This document shows, piece after piece, positions 11,098-21,393 of a stretch of 32,000 bases of DNA; positions within the stretch are counted from its first letter, which is position 1; every line of letters starts with the position of its first letter. Location: NCBI RefSeq assembly GCF_900187275.1, contig NZ_LT906458.1, forward strand, positions 690,001 to 722,000, read 5' to 3'. The notes under the pieces were generated by a model, which did no database searches, had not been told where the DNA came from, and worked only from the letters and a program-made list of their open reading frames with translations. This stretch comes from Pasteurella multocida. GTDB lineage: Bacteria > Pseudomonadota > Gammaproteobacteria > Enterobacterales > Pasteurellaceae. The position numbers and the translations under genes are program-made.

Positions 11098-11943
11098 TTA
11101 ATTAAAATGCTCTAATCCATATTGATACAGCGCATTTTTCTTATAGCCATAGATTTCCGCCACAATGGCAGCCGCCTTTTTTAATGGAAGCGATTGGCTT
11201 ATTAATTCAAGTGCTTTGAGGGCTTGGGGATTTATCTCATCAGTCTCCTGTTTGACTTTCCCTTCAATAATTAACACCATTTCCCCTTTAGTGCGATTCG
11301 GATCTTCTCCTAACCATTGGCGTAAATTTGCCACATTGTCCCCTACGATCGTTTCCCAGGTTTTGGTAATTTCCCGCGCCAATACCACATAGCGTTCTGC
11401 TCCCAACGTTTTTTCGATATCCGCTAAGGTATCCAAAATGCGATGGGTTGATTCATAAAAAATCAGCGTACGCTCTTCTTCAGCGAGATTTTGCAATTTA
11501 TCGCAACGTGCCTTGCTTTTCGCCGGTAAAAATCCTTCAAAACAAAAACGATCGGATGCAATACCTGAAGCGCAAAGTGCGGTAATCGCAGCACAAGCGC
11601 CCGGTATCGGCACCACTTTAATACCAGCTTGGCGACATTGACGTACTAGATGAAAACCGGGATCACTAATCAGTGGCGTCCCCGCATCAGAAATCAACGC
11701 AATATGTTGCCCCTGCTGTAATTTCTCTACTAAGAGGTGTGCTTTTTGTTGTTCATTATGATCATGTAAGGCAAAAAAAGGCTTCTTAATACCATAATGG
11801 CTTAATAGTAAACCACTATGACGCGTATCTTCCGCCGCAATCAGATCAACCTGTTCAAAAATCGCTAAAGCCCTTTGTGTAATATCTTGTAAATTCCCAA
11901 TCGGCGTGGCGACAATATATAAAATTCCTGTTAAATTGTTCAT
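11098..11943 (-). CDS. rsmI: 16S rRNA (cytidine1402-2'-O)-methyltransferase
   Basis: 281-aa ORF with [30 protein letters not shown] and [14 protein letters not shown] motifs. Confidence 0.96.
   Translation of the reverse strand: MNNLTGILYIVATPIGNLQDITQRALAIFEQVDLIAAEDTRHSGLLLSHYGIKKPFFALHDHNEQQKAHLLVEKLQQGQHIALISDAGTPLISDPGFHLVRQCRQAGIKVVPIPGACAAITALCASGIASDRFCFEGFLPAKSKARCDKLQNLAEEERTLIFYESTHRILDTLADIEKTLGAERYVVLAREITKTWETIVGDNVANLRQWLGEDPNRTKGEMVLIIEGKVKQETDEINPQALKALELISQSLPLKKAAAIVAEIYGYKKNALYQYGLEHFN
11575..11583 (+). repeat. Hin-type DNA uptake signal core
   Basis: AAGTGCGGT within rsmI. Confidence 0.8.
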
Positions 11944-12020
11944 TTCATACTTCTTTTTATTTGCTTTTAGTTAATGAGATAAGTAAGATCGTTCTATTGT
12001 TGTTAACAAACGGAGTAATC

Positions 12021-13733
12021 ATGACTATTCTATTACAACACACTCATTTAAAAAATCGATTAATGCCTTTTTTGTTGGCACTTTTTCTTGCCGGCTGTAC
12101 GACTTTCTTAGGTGGTGGCTCAGCAAGTCTCTTGCAGAGTGATGCCAATGCAAATTCTGACTTTTATATGAATAAAGTCTATCAAGCACAAAATCTCGAA
12201 GAACAGCATACTTATAAATTGCTTGCCGCACGTGTACTTGTCACAGAAAACAAAATTCCTCAGGCTCAAGAATTACTCAATGAATTAACAACATTAACTG
12301 ACGAACAAGTATTAGATAAATCAATTATTGAAGCACATATCGCCGCAGTTAAACAACAAAATACCGTGGCAGATACACAGCTTAAACACATTAATCTCGC
12401 TCAATTAAGCCGTTCACAATTAGCACGTTATTATGATGTGGCAGCACGTATCGCAGAAAATCGCTATGATGCGATTGAAGCGGTAAAAGCTCGAATTCAA
12501 ATCGACCAGCTTTTATCAGATGTTTCTCGTAAACAAGCCAATATCGACCGCACTTGGTCGCTCCTTCGTAATGCTAACCGTGGTGTGATTAATAACACTG
12601 TAGCCGAAGGGAACATTGCATTGGGTGGCTGGTTAGCCTTAACTCGTGCTTATAACCAAAATTTAAGCAATCCTGCACAATTAAGCCAAGCAATTCAGCA
12701 ATGGAAAACCGCTTATCCGACACACCCAGCGGCTTACTTATTCCCAACAGAACTACAAGGTCTGTTTAATTTCCAACAAACACAATTTTCACAAGTCGCG
12801 TTATTGTTACCACTTAGCGGCAATGCTCAAGTCATCGGAAATACCATTAAAGCAGGTTTTGATGCAGCAAAAGACAATAGCGCGACGCAAGTTCAAGTAT
12901 TTGACACCGCTGCGACCCCGGTTGATGTGATTTTCGATCAAGTTAAACAAGCGGGGATTCGAACAGTCGTTGGTCCATTGCTAAAACAGAATGTGGATAT
13001 GCTCTTGAATAACGCACAGCTAGTACAAGGCTTAGATGTGTTAACACTAAACTCTACCTCAAATGAACGTGCAATCGGGCAATTATGTTACTACGGACTT
13101 TCACCTGAAGACGAAGCCGAGTCAGCAGCGAACAAAATGTGGAAAGATGGGATTAGAACGCCTTCTGTTTTTGTACCACAAAATGATTTAGGTCGTCGTA
13201 CAGCTTCTGCGTTTAATGTGCGTTGGCAACAATTAGCTGCAACGGATGCCAATATTCGTTTCTATAACTTACCGGCTGATATTACTTATACCTTAGACGA
13301 TCAAAATACCTCTGGCGTCTATATTGTTGCTATGAGTGATCAATTAGCTGAAATTAAAACAACCATTGATAACAGCGGTCGTACAACGAAACTTTATGCC
13401 AGTTCGCGCAGTAATTCCGCTAACAATGCGCCAGAATATCGTTTATTAATGGAAGGTTTACAATTTAGTGATATTCCTTTCTTTAAAGATGTTACATCTA
13501 ACCAATATAAGAAAATTGAAAAATTAACCAAAGGTGATTTTTCACTGATGCGCCTCTATGCAATGGGCGCTGACGCGTGGTTGCTTATTAATCATTTTAA
13601 TGAGTTACGCCAAGTACCAGGTTATAACATTGATGGTTTGACCGGTAAACTAAGTGCGGGCGCAAACTGTAATATTGAGCGTGACATGACCTGGTTCCAA
13701 TACCAAAGTGGTGGCATTATCTCCTTGAACTAA
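12021..13733 (+). CDS. lpoA: Penicillin-binding protein activator LpoA (outer-membrane lipoprotein)
   Basis: ATG at 12021 preceded by GGAG, lipobox LFLAGC, then a long TPR-like region and a C-terminal periplasmic-binding-like domain ([25 protein letters not shown]). Divergent from rsmI and upstream of yraN, as in E. coli. Confidence 0.94.
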   Translation: MTILLQHTHLKNRLMPFLLALFLAGCTTFLGGGSASLLQSDANANSDFYMNKVYQAQNLEEQHTYKLLAARVLVTENKIPQAQELLNELTTLTDEQVLDKSIIEAHIAAVKQQNTVADTQLKHINLAQLSRSQLARYYDVAARIAENRYDAIEAVKARIQIDQLLSDVSRKQANIDRTWSLLRNANRGVINNTVAEGNIALGGWLALTRAYNQNLSNPAQLSQAIQQWKTAYPTHPAAYLFPTELQGLFNFQQTQFSQVALLLPLSGNAQVIGNTIKAGFDAAKDNSATQVQVFDTAATPVDVIFDQVKQAGIRTVVGPLLKQNVDMLLNNAQLVQGLDVLTLNSTSNERAIGQLCYYGLSPEDEAESAANKMWKDGIRTPSVFVPQNDLGRRTASAFNVRWQQLAATDANIRFYNLPADITYTLDDQNTSGVYIVAMSDQLAEIKTTIDNSGRTTKLYASSRSNSANNAPEYRLLMEGLQFSDIPFFKDVTSNQYKKIEKLTKGDFSLMRLYAMGADAWLLINHFNELRQVPGYNIDGLTGKLSAGANCNIERDMTWFQYQSGGIISLN

Positions 13734-13734
13734 G

Positions 13735-14094
13735 ATGTTCTCATTAAAGCGTCAACAAGGGGCGAGATTTGAATACCAAGCTCGCCTCTTTTTAGAATCA
13801 AAAGGGCTACAATTTGTAGCTGCCAATCAATCCTTTTCCTGTGGCGAATTAGATCTGATTATGCGAGATCAAGACACGCTCGTTTTTGTTGAGGTGCGAC
13901 AACGAAAAAATGCGGTTTTTGGTTCAGCAGTGGAAAGTGTTGATTGGGAAAAACAAAAAAAGTGGCTGAACGCAGCAAATTTATGGCTTGCACAGCAAAA
14001 TCGTAGCTTGGAAGACACTGACTGCCGGTTTGACTTAATTGCTTTCGGTAAAACCACACAAGACCTTGAATGGATTATAAATTTTCTTGATTAA
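13735..14094 (+). CDS. yraN: UPF0102 family protein YraN
   Basis: 119-aa ORF with the endonuclease-like core [36 protein letters not shown]. Confidence 0.93.
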   Translation: MFSLKRQQGARFEYQARLFLESKGLQFVAANQSFSCGELDLIMRDQDTLVFVEVRQRKNAVFGSAVESVDWEKQKKWLNAANLWLAQQNRSLEDTDCRFDLIAFGKTTQDLEWIINFLD

Positions 14095-14096
14095 TT

Positions 14097-14684
14097 ATGT
14101 TAGATAAACTCAAAGACTTATACACTGAAAGTATTCAAACACAGATTTCCGCCTCCAGTTTATTACCCGATACCATCATGCAAGCCACACAAATGATTGT
14201 GGATTGTTTGTTAAGAGGGAATAAAATTATTGCCTGCGGAAACGGACGTTCTTATATTAATGCCCAACTGTTTGTCGCAAACTTATTAAATCGCTATGAG
14301 TTAGCCAGACCTAGTTTCCCTTCTGTTTTACTCAGTTTAGATAGCGCCATTAACGCCGCAATGGCGCTTGATAATAATACAGAAACCTTATTTCAACGCC
14401 AATTTAATGCAGTGGCTCAACAAGGGGATATTCTTATTGCTTTTTCTCCTTTGCCTCATAATGATGAAATTGTCATTAATGCAATTAACAGTGCGGTAAA
14501 CAAAGGCATTATTGTAATTGTCTTAACGAGTGCCTCAAATGATCATATTCAAGGTTTTTTGACCGAACACGATCTCGAAATCGCGATTCCCGCAATCAAA
14601 GAAAGCCGAGTGATTGAAGGACATTGTTTTATTGCTAATGCAATTTGTGAACTGGTCGATCACGCCCTGTTTTCACATTCATAA
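14097..14684 (+). CDS. diaA: DnaA initiator-associating protein DiaA (SIS domain)
   Basis: 195-aa SIS-domain ORF (GNKIIACGNGRSYINAQLFVANLLNRYELARPSFP) in the conserved lpoA-yraN-diaA-dolP order. Confidence 0.92.
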   Translation: MLDKLKDLYTESIQTQISASSLLPDTIMQATQMIVDCLLRGNKIIACGNGRSYINAQLFVANLLNRYELARPSFPSVLLSLDSAINAAMALDNNTETLFQRQFNAVAQQGDILIAFSPLPHNDEIVINAINSAVNKGIIVIVLTSASNDHIQGFLTEHDLEIAIPAIKESRVIEGHCFIANAICELVDHALFSHS

Positions 14685-14747
14685 CTTGACAAGAATCAGG
14701 ATTTCAACAACACTAACTCGCATGACAAATACAAAAGGAGATCCCTT

Positions 14748-15332
14748 ATGCAAATCAACATGTTAAAAAAATACACTTTTATTTTAGCGACTGCTCTCCT
14801 ACTGCAAGGTTGTGTGGCCGCAACCATTGCTGGCACGGCAGCCGTGGCAACCAAAGTTGCTACTGACCCAAGAACTGTTGGCACACAAGTTGATGATGAA
14901 ACTTTAGAAGAAAAAGTGCGTTTTGCCATTCGTAAAGATGCGCAAGTCAAATCGGAAGCGCGTATTAATATTATTTCTTATAGCGGTCGTGTTTTATTAA
15001 TTGGTCAAGCCCCAAACGCAAATGTTGCTGAAGTCGCTACCAGCTTGGCGAAAGGTGTAGAAGGTGTAAACGAAGTATATAATCAAGTTCGTATCCAGCC
15101 ACAAATTAGCTTCGGTCAAATTGCAAAAGACGGAGTAACCACCACCGAAATTAAATCTAAAATGCTCGTGGATTCTCGCGTCAAATCTACTGATATTAAA
15201 GTGATTACGGAAAATGCCGAAGTTTTTTTAATGGGTAACGTCACTCAAGCACAAGCGGATGCCGCAGCGGATATTGCACGCAATGTGTCAGGTGTTAACA
15301 AAGTCATCAAAGTCTTTAATTACTTAAATTAA
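14748..15332 (+). CDS. dolP: Division/outer-membrane stress-associated lipoprotein DolP (YraP), dual BON domain
   Basis: Signal peptide with lipobox LLLQGC, two BON-like domains and matching gene order. AGGAG upstream of the ATG. Confidence 0.92.
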   Translation: MQINMLKKYTFILATALLLQGCVAATIAGTAAVATKVATDPRTVGTQVDDETLEEKVRFAIRKDAQVKSEARINIISYSGRVLLIGQAPNANVAEVATSLAKGVEGVNEVYNQVRIQPQISFGQIAKDGVTTTEIKSKMLVDSRVKSTDIKVITENAEVFLMGNVTQAQADAAADIARNVSGVNKVIKVFNYLN

Positions 15333-15340
15333 GCCAATAA

Positions 15341-15381
15341 AAAAGTGCGGTAAAAATTCACTTTATTTTCACCGCACTTTT
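15341..15381. terminator. Bidirectional terminator built from two inverted uptake signal sequences
   Basis: AAAAGTGCGGT...ACCGCACTTTT, 11-bp arms, between convergent dolP and ribE. Confidence 0.82.
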
Positions 15382-15392
15382 ATTTTGTCTTA

Positions 15393-16007
15393 TTATTGCT
15401 GTTTTGTGCTCAAATAACGCTCTACTGTATCCACAATCGCTTGCGTTTGTGGATCAATCTCAATATTCACTTTATCCCCCACTTCACGCGTACCAATCAA
15501 GGTACGATTCAACGTTTCAGGAATCAAATTAACGCAAAATGTTTGTCCTTTCACTTCACCAATAGTTAAGCTAATTCCATCAATCGCAATAAAGCCTTTA
15601 GGTAAAATATATTTCATGGTTGCCATATCCGGTAATTCGAACCAAATCTGGCGATTATTTTCTGAACTGAAAATCTGCTTCACACTCGCCGTACAATACA
15701 CATGCCCCGATAAAATATGCCCACCAATTTCACTGCCCATTTGCATCGCGCGTTCAATATTCACTAAATCACCCGGCTGTAACTCGCCTAAATTTGTAAT
15801 ACGTAATGTTTCTGCCATTAAATCAAAACTAACACAATCTTGATTAATCTCTGTTACCGTCAAACATACGCCATTATTCGCAACTGAAGCACCAATTTCT
15901 AATCCTTTCAGCATTTCTTGTGGCATTTTCACGATCTGTGTTCTAAAATTAGCTTTGTCTTGAATAGAAACAATTTTTGCAGTTCCTTGAACAATACCTG
16001 TAAACAT
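15393..16007 (-). CDS. ribE: Riboflavin synthase, alpha chain
   Basis: [12 protein letters not shown] start, duplicated lumazine-binding domains ([13 protein letters not shown] and [16 protein letters not shown]). An in-frame ATG also exists at 16013, but AGAGAG sits about 6 nt upstream of the one at 16007. Confidence 0.95.
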   Translation of the reverse strand: MFTGIVQGTAKIVSIQDKANFRTQIVKMPQEMLKGLEIGASVANNGVCLTVTEINQDCVSFDLMAETLRITNLGELQPGDLVNIERAMQMGSEIGGHILSGHVYCTASVKQIFSSENNRQIWFELPDMATMKYILPKGFIAIDGISLTIGEVKGQTFCVNLIPETLNRTLIGTREVGDKVNIEIDPQTQAIVDTVERYLSTKQQ

Positions 16008-16062
16008 AGTCATCTCTCTTTAAAACTCAATATTCTATTATTATAACAAACTCGGAATTTTT

Positions 16063-17457
16063 ATGAAATTTATAGATTTTAGTGCTTATAAAGTGGAAGC
16101 AAAAAAATTATTGCTTATTGCCCTCCCGATCTTACTGGCACAAATTGCCCAAAACTCAATGGGGTTAGTTGATACCATCATGTCTGGACGCGTCAGTTCG
16201 GCAGATATGGCAGCAATTTCAGTGGGCGCATCCATTTGGTTCCCCTTAGTGCTGTTTGGTCACGGACTTCTACTAGCGCTCCCACCAACGATCTCCTATC
16301 TCAATGGCTCAGGCAAACGCGATCAGATTGCCCATCAAGTACGACAAGGTATTTGGATTATTTTATTTAGTTGCCTACCTTTAGGTATTCTCATTTATTA
16401 TAGCAACCTCGTTTTTGACTATATGCAAGTGGAAGATCATCTCAAAGAGATCACTATTGGCTATTTACATGCAATGATTTGGGGCTTGCCCGCTTATTTA
16501 CTGATGATTAATTTTCGTTGCTTAAATGATGGTATTGCGAAAACCAAACCAGCTATGGTGATCACGTTTTTAGGCTTAGGTTTAAATATTCCACTCAATT
16601 ATATTTTTATTTATGGAAAACTTGGTATCCCCGCCTTTGGTGCGGTGGGATGTGGTATTGCGACCGCCATTGTGAACTGGTTTATGTGTATTTTGATGAT
16701 CGCCTATTGTAAAAATGCACGTAATCAACGTGACCTTAAAGTCTTTGCCAAAATCCTAGAAAAACCTAATTTTACTACCTTAAAAAAACTCCTCAACTTA
16801 GGTTTCCCGATTGCTGTCGCCTTATTCTGCGAAGTGGCACTGTTCGCCCTTACCGCCTTGCTATTATCCCCATTAGGTACGGATATCGTTGCAAGCCATC
16901 AAATTGCATTGAATACCAGCTCCTTCTTGTTTATGCTTCCTATGTCATTAGGTATGGCAGCAACCATTCTAGTAGGACAGCGTTTAGGTGAAGGCGCAGC
17001 CGATAAGGCGAAACAGGTATCCTACTCCGCCTTAATTGTCGGCTTACTGATTGCTGTCATCACGGCGACATTAACGGTCATCTTCCGTGTTGAGATTGCT
17101 GAAATTTTTGTCAAAGATCGAGATGTGATTGCGATGGCTGGCACACTCCTTTTAATTGCTGCCCTTTATCAATTCTCTGATACCGTTCAAGTCGTAGCCG
17201 GCGGTGCATTACGTGGCTATAAAGATACAAAAGCTATCTTATACATTACACTCTTTTGTTATTGGGTAGTGGGTATGCCAATGGGCTATACCTTAGCTCG
17301 TACAGATCTGTTGATGCCTGCTCTAGGGGCGGAAGGTTTTTGGATTGGCTTTGTTGTCAGCCTAACTATTGCCGCTACGCTGTTGATGATCAGAATGCGC
17401 AAAATCCAAGCTCAACCAGATGCCATTTTATTTGCTAAACTTGAGAAATTAAAATAA
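16063..17457 (+). CDS. norM: MATE-family multidrug efflux transporter (NorM/MdtK-like)
   Basis: 464-aa polytopic membrane ORF with MATE signatures ([60 protein letters not shown]). Confidence 0.92.
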   Translation: MKFIDFSAYKVEAKKLLLIALPILLAQIAQNSMGLVDTIMSGRVSSADMAAISVGASIWFPLVLFGHGLLLALPPTISYLNGSGKRDQIAHQVRQGIWIILFSCLPLGILIYYSNLVFDYMQVEDHLKEITIGYLHAMIWGLPAYLLMINFRCLNDGIAKTKPAMVITFLGLGLNIPLNYIFIYGKLGIPAFGAVGCGIATAIVNWFMCILMIAYCKNARNQRDLKVFAKILEKPNFTTLKKLLNLGFPIAVALFCEVALFALTALLLSPLGTDIVASHQIALNTSSFLFMLPMSLGMAATILVGQRLGEGAADKAKQVSYSALIVGLLIAVITATLTVIFRVEIAEIFVKDRDVIAMAGTLLLIAALYQFSDTVQVVAGGALRGYKDTKAILYITLFCYWVVGMPMGYTLARTDLLMPALGAEGFWIGFVVSLTIAATLLMIRMRKIQAQPDAILFAKLEKLK

Positions 17458-18509
17458 TGTCGAAGATCATTCATGTTGGTATTGCAGGTTTTGGTATGTC
17501 AGCCAAAACCTTCCATACTCCTTTTTTACATCAAGATCCCCGTTTCTGTATCCATAAAGTCTTTGAGCGACAAAGTGACAAAGCCAAATCAATTTATCCA
17601 TATATCACGACTGTTCGCGATTTTACACAGTTATTAGAGGAGGATATTGATTTAGTTCTTATCACTACACCTAACCAAACCCACTATGACTTCGCTAAAA
17701 AAGCCATATTAGCAGGGAAACACGTTATTGTTGAAAAGCCACTTGCTATCACCGCGCAACAAGCTGAGGAATTAGACGTTTTAGCACAAAAACATCACGT
17801 CATGTTATCGGTGTATCAAAATCGTCGTTGGGATAGCGGAGCCTTAACGGTGAAAAAACTCATCGCAGAAAACACGCTGGGTGAAATTGTCGAATATGAA
17901 ATTCGCTATGAACGCTATAGTCCAAGCAAAAACAAAAAAGCATGGAAGGAAACAGGCGAATTAGGAACAGGATTGGTTTATGATTTAGGCGTACATTTGA
18001 TTGATGAAGTTCTTGACCTCTTTGGTATGCCCAAGGCACTTTTCGCAGATGTCACTAAACAAAATCCAGAAAGTGGTAGCGATGACAGTTTTCGTATTAC
18101 TTTTTATTATGCTGATCATAAAAAAGTGACGTTGTCATCAACGAAATATGCCAGAGAACCAGCACCTCATATTATTTTACAAGGTAAACTGGGCTCATAC
18201 ATCAAACCTAAATTAGATAATCAAGAAGCACTACTCATGGCGGGTGTACAGCCAAAAGGAGATTGGAATAAAGAATCAGAACAAGATTGGGGCATTTTAC
18301 ATACTGAAATAGACGGTCTTATTGTACGTCAAAAACTTGAGCCTATCTCTGGTAATTATCAAGCGTACTATGACAATATTTATGCGGTTCTTACTAAAAA
18401 TGCCCCACTTCTAGTGACCGCGAAACAAGCCACAACAGTACTCAAACTTATCGAAAAAGTATATGAAAGTGCAGCGCTTGGGCAAAAAATTTACTTAGTA
18501 AATCAATAA
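17457..18509 (+). CDS. Gfo/Idh/MocA-family NAD(P)-dependent oxidoreductase
   Basis: 350-aa ORF with Rossmann GIAGFGMSAKTFH, ITTPNQTHYDFAKKAILAGKHVIVEKPLA. ATG overlaps the upstream gene's stop (TAATG). Confidence 0.9.
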   Translation: MSKIIHVGIAGFGMSAKTFHTPFLHQDPRFCIHKVFERQSDKAKSIYPYITTVRDFTQLLEEDIDLVLITTPNQTHYDFAKKAILAGKHVIVEKPLAITAQQAEELDVLAQKHHVMLSVYQNRRWDSGALTVKKLIAENTLGEIVEYEIRYERYSPSKNKKAWKETGELGTGLVYDLGVHLIDEVLDLFGMPKALFADVTKQNPESGSDDSFRITFYYADHKKVTLSSTKYAREPAPHIILQGKLGSYIKPKLDNQEALLMAGVQPKGDWNKESEQDWGILHTEIDGLIVRQKLEPISGNYQAYYDNIYAVLTKNAPLLVTAKQATTVLKLIEKVYESAALGQKIYLVNQ

Positions 18510-18588
18510 AAAATATCTGCTGAATAGGTTGTTTTATTAACATTAAAATAGCCTATTTTCTTATCGTTACACTTTATTTAAAAAATAA

Positions 18589-18622
18589 AAAACGGTGATA
18601 AACATTAGCTTATCACCGTTTT
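18589..18622 (-). terminator. Terminator downstream of pyruvate kinase
   Basis: Perfect 13-bp arms AAAACGGTGATAA/TTATCACCGTTTT with an 8-nt loop. Confidence 0.85.
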
Positions 18623-18638
18623 GTTTTAAGAATACTGT

Positions 18639-20078
18639 TTATTCTACAACTAGTGTACGGCAAGTATTTGTACCACTTGCTAACAATTCATCACCTTGAG
18701 TTAAAAGAACTAAATCACCCGATACTAAGAAACCTTTCTCTTTTAACAAACGAATCGCTGCAGCTGCACCTTTTGAATTACGGCTGACTTCATCAAAATG
18801 AACAGGTGTAACACCACGGTATAATGCACAAAGATTTAATGCATCTTGGTTACGAGATAAGGCAAAAATCGGTAAACCAGAACTAATACGTGACATTAAT
18901 AACGCGGTACGTCCAGTATGTGTCATTGCAATAATTGCAGCAACACCTTTCATGTGGTTTGCAGCATACATTGCAGACATTGCAACGGATTCTTCGATAG
19001 AATCAAAAGTGATATCCATACGGTGACGAGAAACATTGATGCTTGGCATTTTTTCAGCACCTAAACACACTTTTGCCATGGTAGCCACTGTTTCTGCTGG
19101 ATATTGCCCTGCCGCTGTTTCTGCAGAAAGCATCACGGCGTCTGTACCATCTAATACGGCATTCGCTACGTCCATCACTTCCGCACGAGTCGGCATTGGA
19201 TTGCTAATCATAGATTCCATCATTTGTGTTGCTGTAATAACAACACGGTTTAATTGACGTGCGCGACGGATTAATTTTTTCTGTACACCCACTAATTCAG
19301 GGTCACCAATTTCAACCCCTAAGTCACCACGTGCTACCATGATGACATCTGATGCTAAAATAATGTCATCCATTGCTTCAGTGGTTGCAACAGTTTCTGC
19401 ACGTTCTACTTTTGCCACGATTTTTGCTTTTAAGCCTGCGGCTTCAGCTAACTCACGCGCATAGTTTAAATCTGCACTTGAACGAGGGAAAGAAACCGCT
19501 AAATAATCTACACCGATTTTTGCTGCCAATAAAATATCATTTTTATCTTTTTCAGTTAATGCATCAGCAGATAAACCTCCGCCTAACTTGTTAATACCTT
19601 TATTGTTCGATAATGGACCACCAACAGTGACTTCAGTAAAAACTTTATTACCTTCTGTAGATAAGACTTTTAATTGAACACGACCATCATCTAACAATAA
19701 AATATCGCCTGGCACAACGTCTTGTGGTAATGTTTTGTAGTCTAAACCAACACCTTCTTGCGTACCTTCACCTTTTGGTAAATCGGCATCAAGCACAAAT
19801 TTATCACCAATATTTAAGAAAATTTTACCATCTTTGAAAGTTGAGACACGGATTTTAGGGCCTTGTAAATCACCTAAAATAGCAACGGTTTTTCCAAGTT
19901 TTTTTGCCACTTCACGTACTTTCTCCGCGCGACCGATATGATCTTCTGGTGTGCCATGAGAAAAGTTCATACGAACAACATTCGCGCCAGCCATGATAAT
20001 TTTTTCAAGATTATTCCCACGCTCTGTTGACGGTCCCATTGTACATACAATCTTCGTTCTTCTTAGTCTTCTAGACAT
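18639..20078 (-). CDS. pykA: Pyruvate kinase
   Basis: 479-aa ORF: [37 protein letters not shown], substrate motif [12 protein letters not shown], and [39 protein letters not shown]. The N-terminus resembles the PykA (type II) form. Confidence 0.96.
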   Translation of the reverse strand: MSRRLRRTKIVCTMGPSTERGNNLEKIIMAGANVVRMNFSHGTPEDHIGRAEKVREVAKKLGKTVAILGDLQGPKIRVSTFKDGKIFLNIGDKFVLDADLPKGEGTQEGVGLDYKTLPQDVVPGDILLLDDGRVQLKVLSTEGNKVFTEVTVGGPLSNNKGINKLGGGLSADALTEKDKNDILLAAKIGVDYLAVSFPRSSADLNYARELAEAAGLKAKIVAKVERAETVATTEAMDDIILASDVIMVARGDLGVEIGDPELVGVQKKLIRRARQLNRVVITATQMMESMISNPMPTRAEVMDVANAVLDGTDAVMLSAETAAGQYPAETVATMAKVCLGAEKMPSINVSRHRMDITFDSIEESVAMSAMYAANHMKGVAAIIAMTHTGRTALLMSRISSGLPIFALSRNQDALNLCALYRGVTPVHFDEVSRNSKGAAAAIRLLKEKGFLVSGDLVLLTQGDELLASGTNTCRTLVVE

Positions 20079-20324
20079 TACCTACTCCGTAAATGATATA
20101 AGTTATAAAATAGTGATCTTAGCTTTCTTACATAATTCAAGCTTGAAAGAAAAAACTGTGCCTTATTATACGCCTAAAATAAAATTAGATCGAGATCACA
20201 ATTTCGAAAATTCCCTATTTTAGTTAAGGAAAAATGGTTACTTTTTTGGCAGTTAAAAAAGGAAAGAGAAAAAGTGCTTGTGTTATGTTTTGAAAGCTTA
20301 TATGATAGCCCCGCATTTAAGGAT

Positions 20325-20401
20325 GCGACTATAGCTCAGTTGGTTAGAGCACCACCTTGACATGGTGGGGGTCACTGGTTCGAGTCCAGCTAGTCGCACC
20401 A
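20325..20401 (+). tRNA. tRNA-Val, anticodon GAC
   Basis: 77-nt cloverleaf GCGACTA-TAGCTCAGTTGGTTAGAGCA-CCACC-TTGACAT-GGTGG-GGGTC-ACTGGTTCGAGTCCAGC-TAGTCGC-A-CCA. Acceptor stem pairs GCGACTA/TAGTCGC; CCA is encoded. Confidence 0.96.
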
Positions 20402-20510
20402 TTTCCCTTTCCAAACCTATCCAAAACAGTCCAAAATCCCCAATAAAATCAATAAGAAAGCCATAAATCACAGACAAGTCTTTCCAAAACATTCCAATAC
20501 TATCCAACAA

Positions 20511-20619
20511 TTTTAGTATTATATTTGGTATTACATTTTTAAAAATTTGGTATTACTCTGCCCTAAAAATTGGATTTTTGAAATGTAATACTAAAAATTT
20601 TAGAAAACGTAATACTAAA
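20511..20619. repeat. Cluster of five ~11-bp motifs, three in one orientation and two in the other
   Basis: TTTTAGTATTA (20511-20521), TTTGGTATTAC (20524-20534), TTTGGTATTAC (20546-20556), GTAATACTAAA (20585-20595), GTAATACTAAA (20609-20619). Confidence 0.8.
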
Positions 20620-20688
20620 AGAGTATAAGACTTACTCGTAGGAAAACATTGATCAGCAAACGGATAAACAAGTAGTAGAATTAAAGCG

Positions 20689-20808
20689 ATGAGCTGGGAC
20701 TACGAATCTGTTTTAGCCATTGCGGCATACTACAAAGAGAAAGGTATCAAAGTATTTAAACATTTTGTCATGGACATAATAAAGAAAAAGCCTCTTACTA
20801 AAAAGTAA
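20689..20808 (+). CDS. Tiny hypothetical ORF (39 aa), possible relic
   Basis: MSWDYESVLAIAAYYKEKGIKVFKHFVMDIIKKKPLTKK. The ATG overlaps the TGA of a short upstream open frame (ENIDQQTDKQVVELKR*). Too short to be sure. Confidence 0.3.
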   Translation: MSWDYESVLAIAAYYKEKGIKVFKHFVMDIIKKKPLTKK

Positions 20809-20815
20809 GAGGCTT
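20788..20815. terminator. Intrinsic terminator, likely serving the cold-shock gene on the minus strand
   Basis: Perfect 11-bp arms AAGCCTCTTAC/GTAAGAGGCTT with a 6-nt loop. The minus-strand continuation is TTTCTTTATT. Confidence 0.82.
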
Positions 20816-20836
20816 ATTTATACGCTGATATAAAAC

Positions 20837-21046
20837 TTAGATTGCTTTTACATCAATCGCTGAAGGTCCACGTTGTGAATCTTGAACGCTGTATTCTACG
20901 CGGTCACCTTCATTTAATGTTCTGTAGTTAGAACCGATGATACCTGAAAAATGAACGAAAAGATCTTTACCGCCGTCTGCTGGCGTGATGAAACCAAAAC
21001 CTTTGTCAGAGTTGAACCATTTTACTGTACCGTTTAATTTAGACAT
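20837..21046 (-). CDS. Cold-shock domain protein (CspA/CspD family)
   Basis: 69-aa [39 protein letters not shown] with RNP1 (KGFGFI) and RNP2 (LFVHF); AGGAAG upstream of the start. Confidence 0.95.
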   Translation of the reverse strand: MSKLNGTVKWFNSDKGFGFITPADGGKDLFVHFSGIIGSNYRTLNEGDRVEYSVQDSQRGPSAIDVKAI

Positions 21047-21393
21047 GTTGTCTTCCTTCTATTGATAAAATTTAAAATTATGCTTGAAACAAGCGTAGTG
21101 CTAATAACTGTTACTTAAATAAAGATGAGTAAGAGTGCTTTTCAAGTAACAAATATAACGCTTGTAAATGAGGAAGAACTGTACTAACTAACTTATATAA
21201 AGACGGGTCTAGCAGGTACGCATTAGAACACTTAAACAGAGAGAAAGCAAACGATATTTACGATTATTTTTATTTAAAGGTAAAAAGTGTTTATTGTGTG
21301 TAGAATATAACCAAAATTGGGGTTTGCAATGGATTTACTTTTCTCTTATCCTACTATTTGAGTCAACTATTAAAATAAAATTAAGGGTAAATT

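Noticed and set aside
13641-13665. AAGTGCGGG near the lpoA 3' end and CAGTGCGGT in diaA as uptake signals
   Set aside because: Each differs from the 9-bp core by one base, so they were not counted as exact signals.
19036-19594. Two 73-aa plus-strand ORFs antisense to pykA
   Set aside because: Low-complexity translations within a conserved gene on the opposite strand.
20298-20510. 70-aa minus-strand ORF (MLDSIGMFWKDLSVIYGF...RLAGLEPVTPTMSRWCSNQLSYSRI)
   Set aside because: Runs through tRNA-Val. The LEPVTPTMSRWCSNQLSYSRI-like tail is the well-known spurious translation of antisense tRNA sequence.
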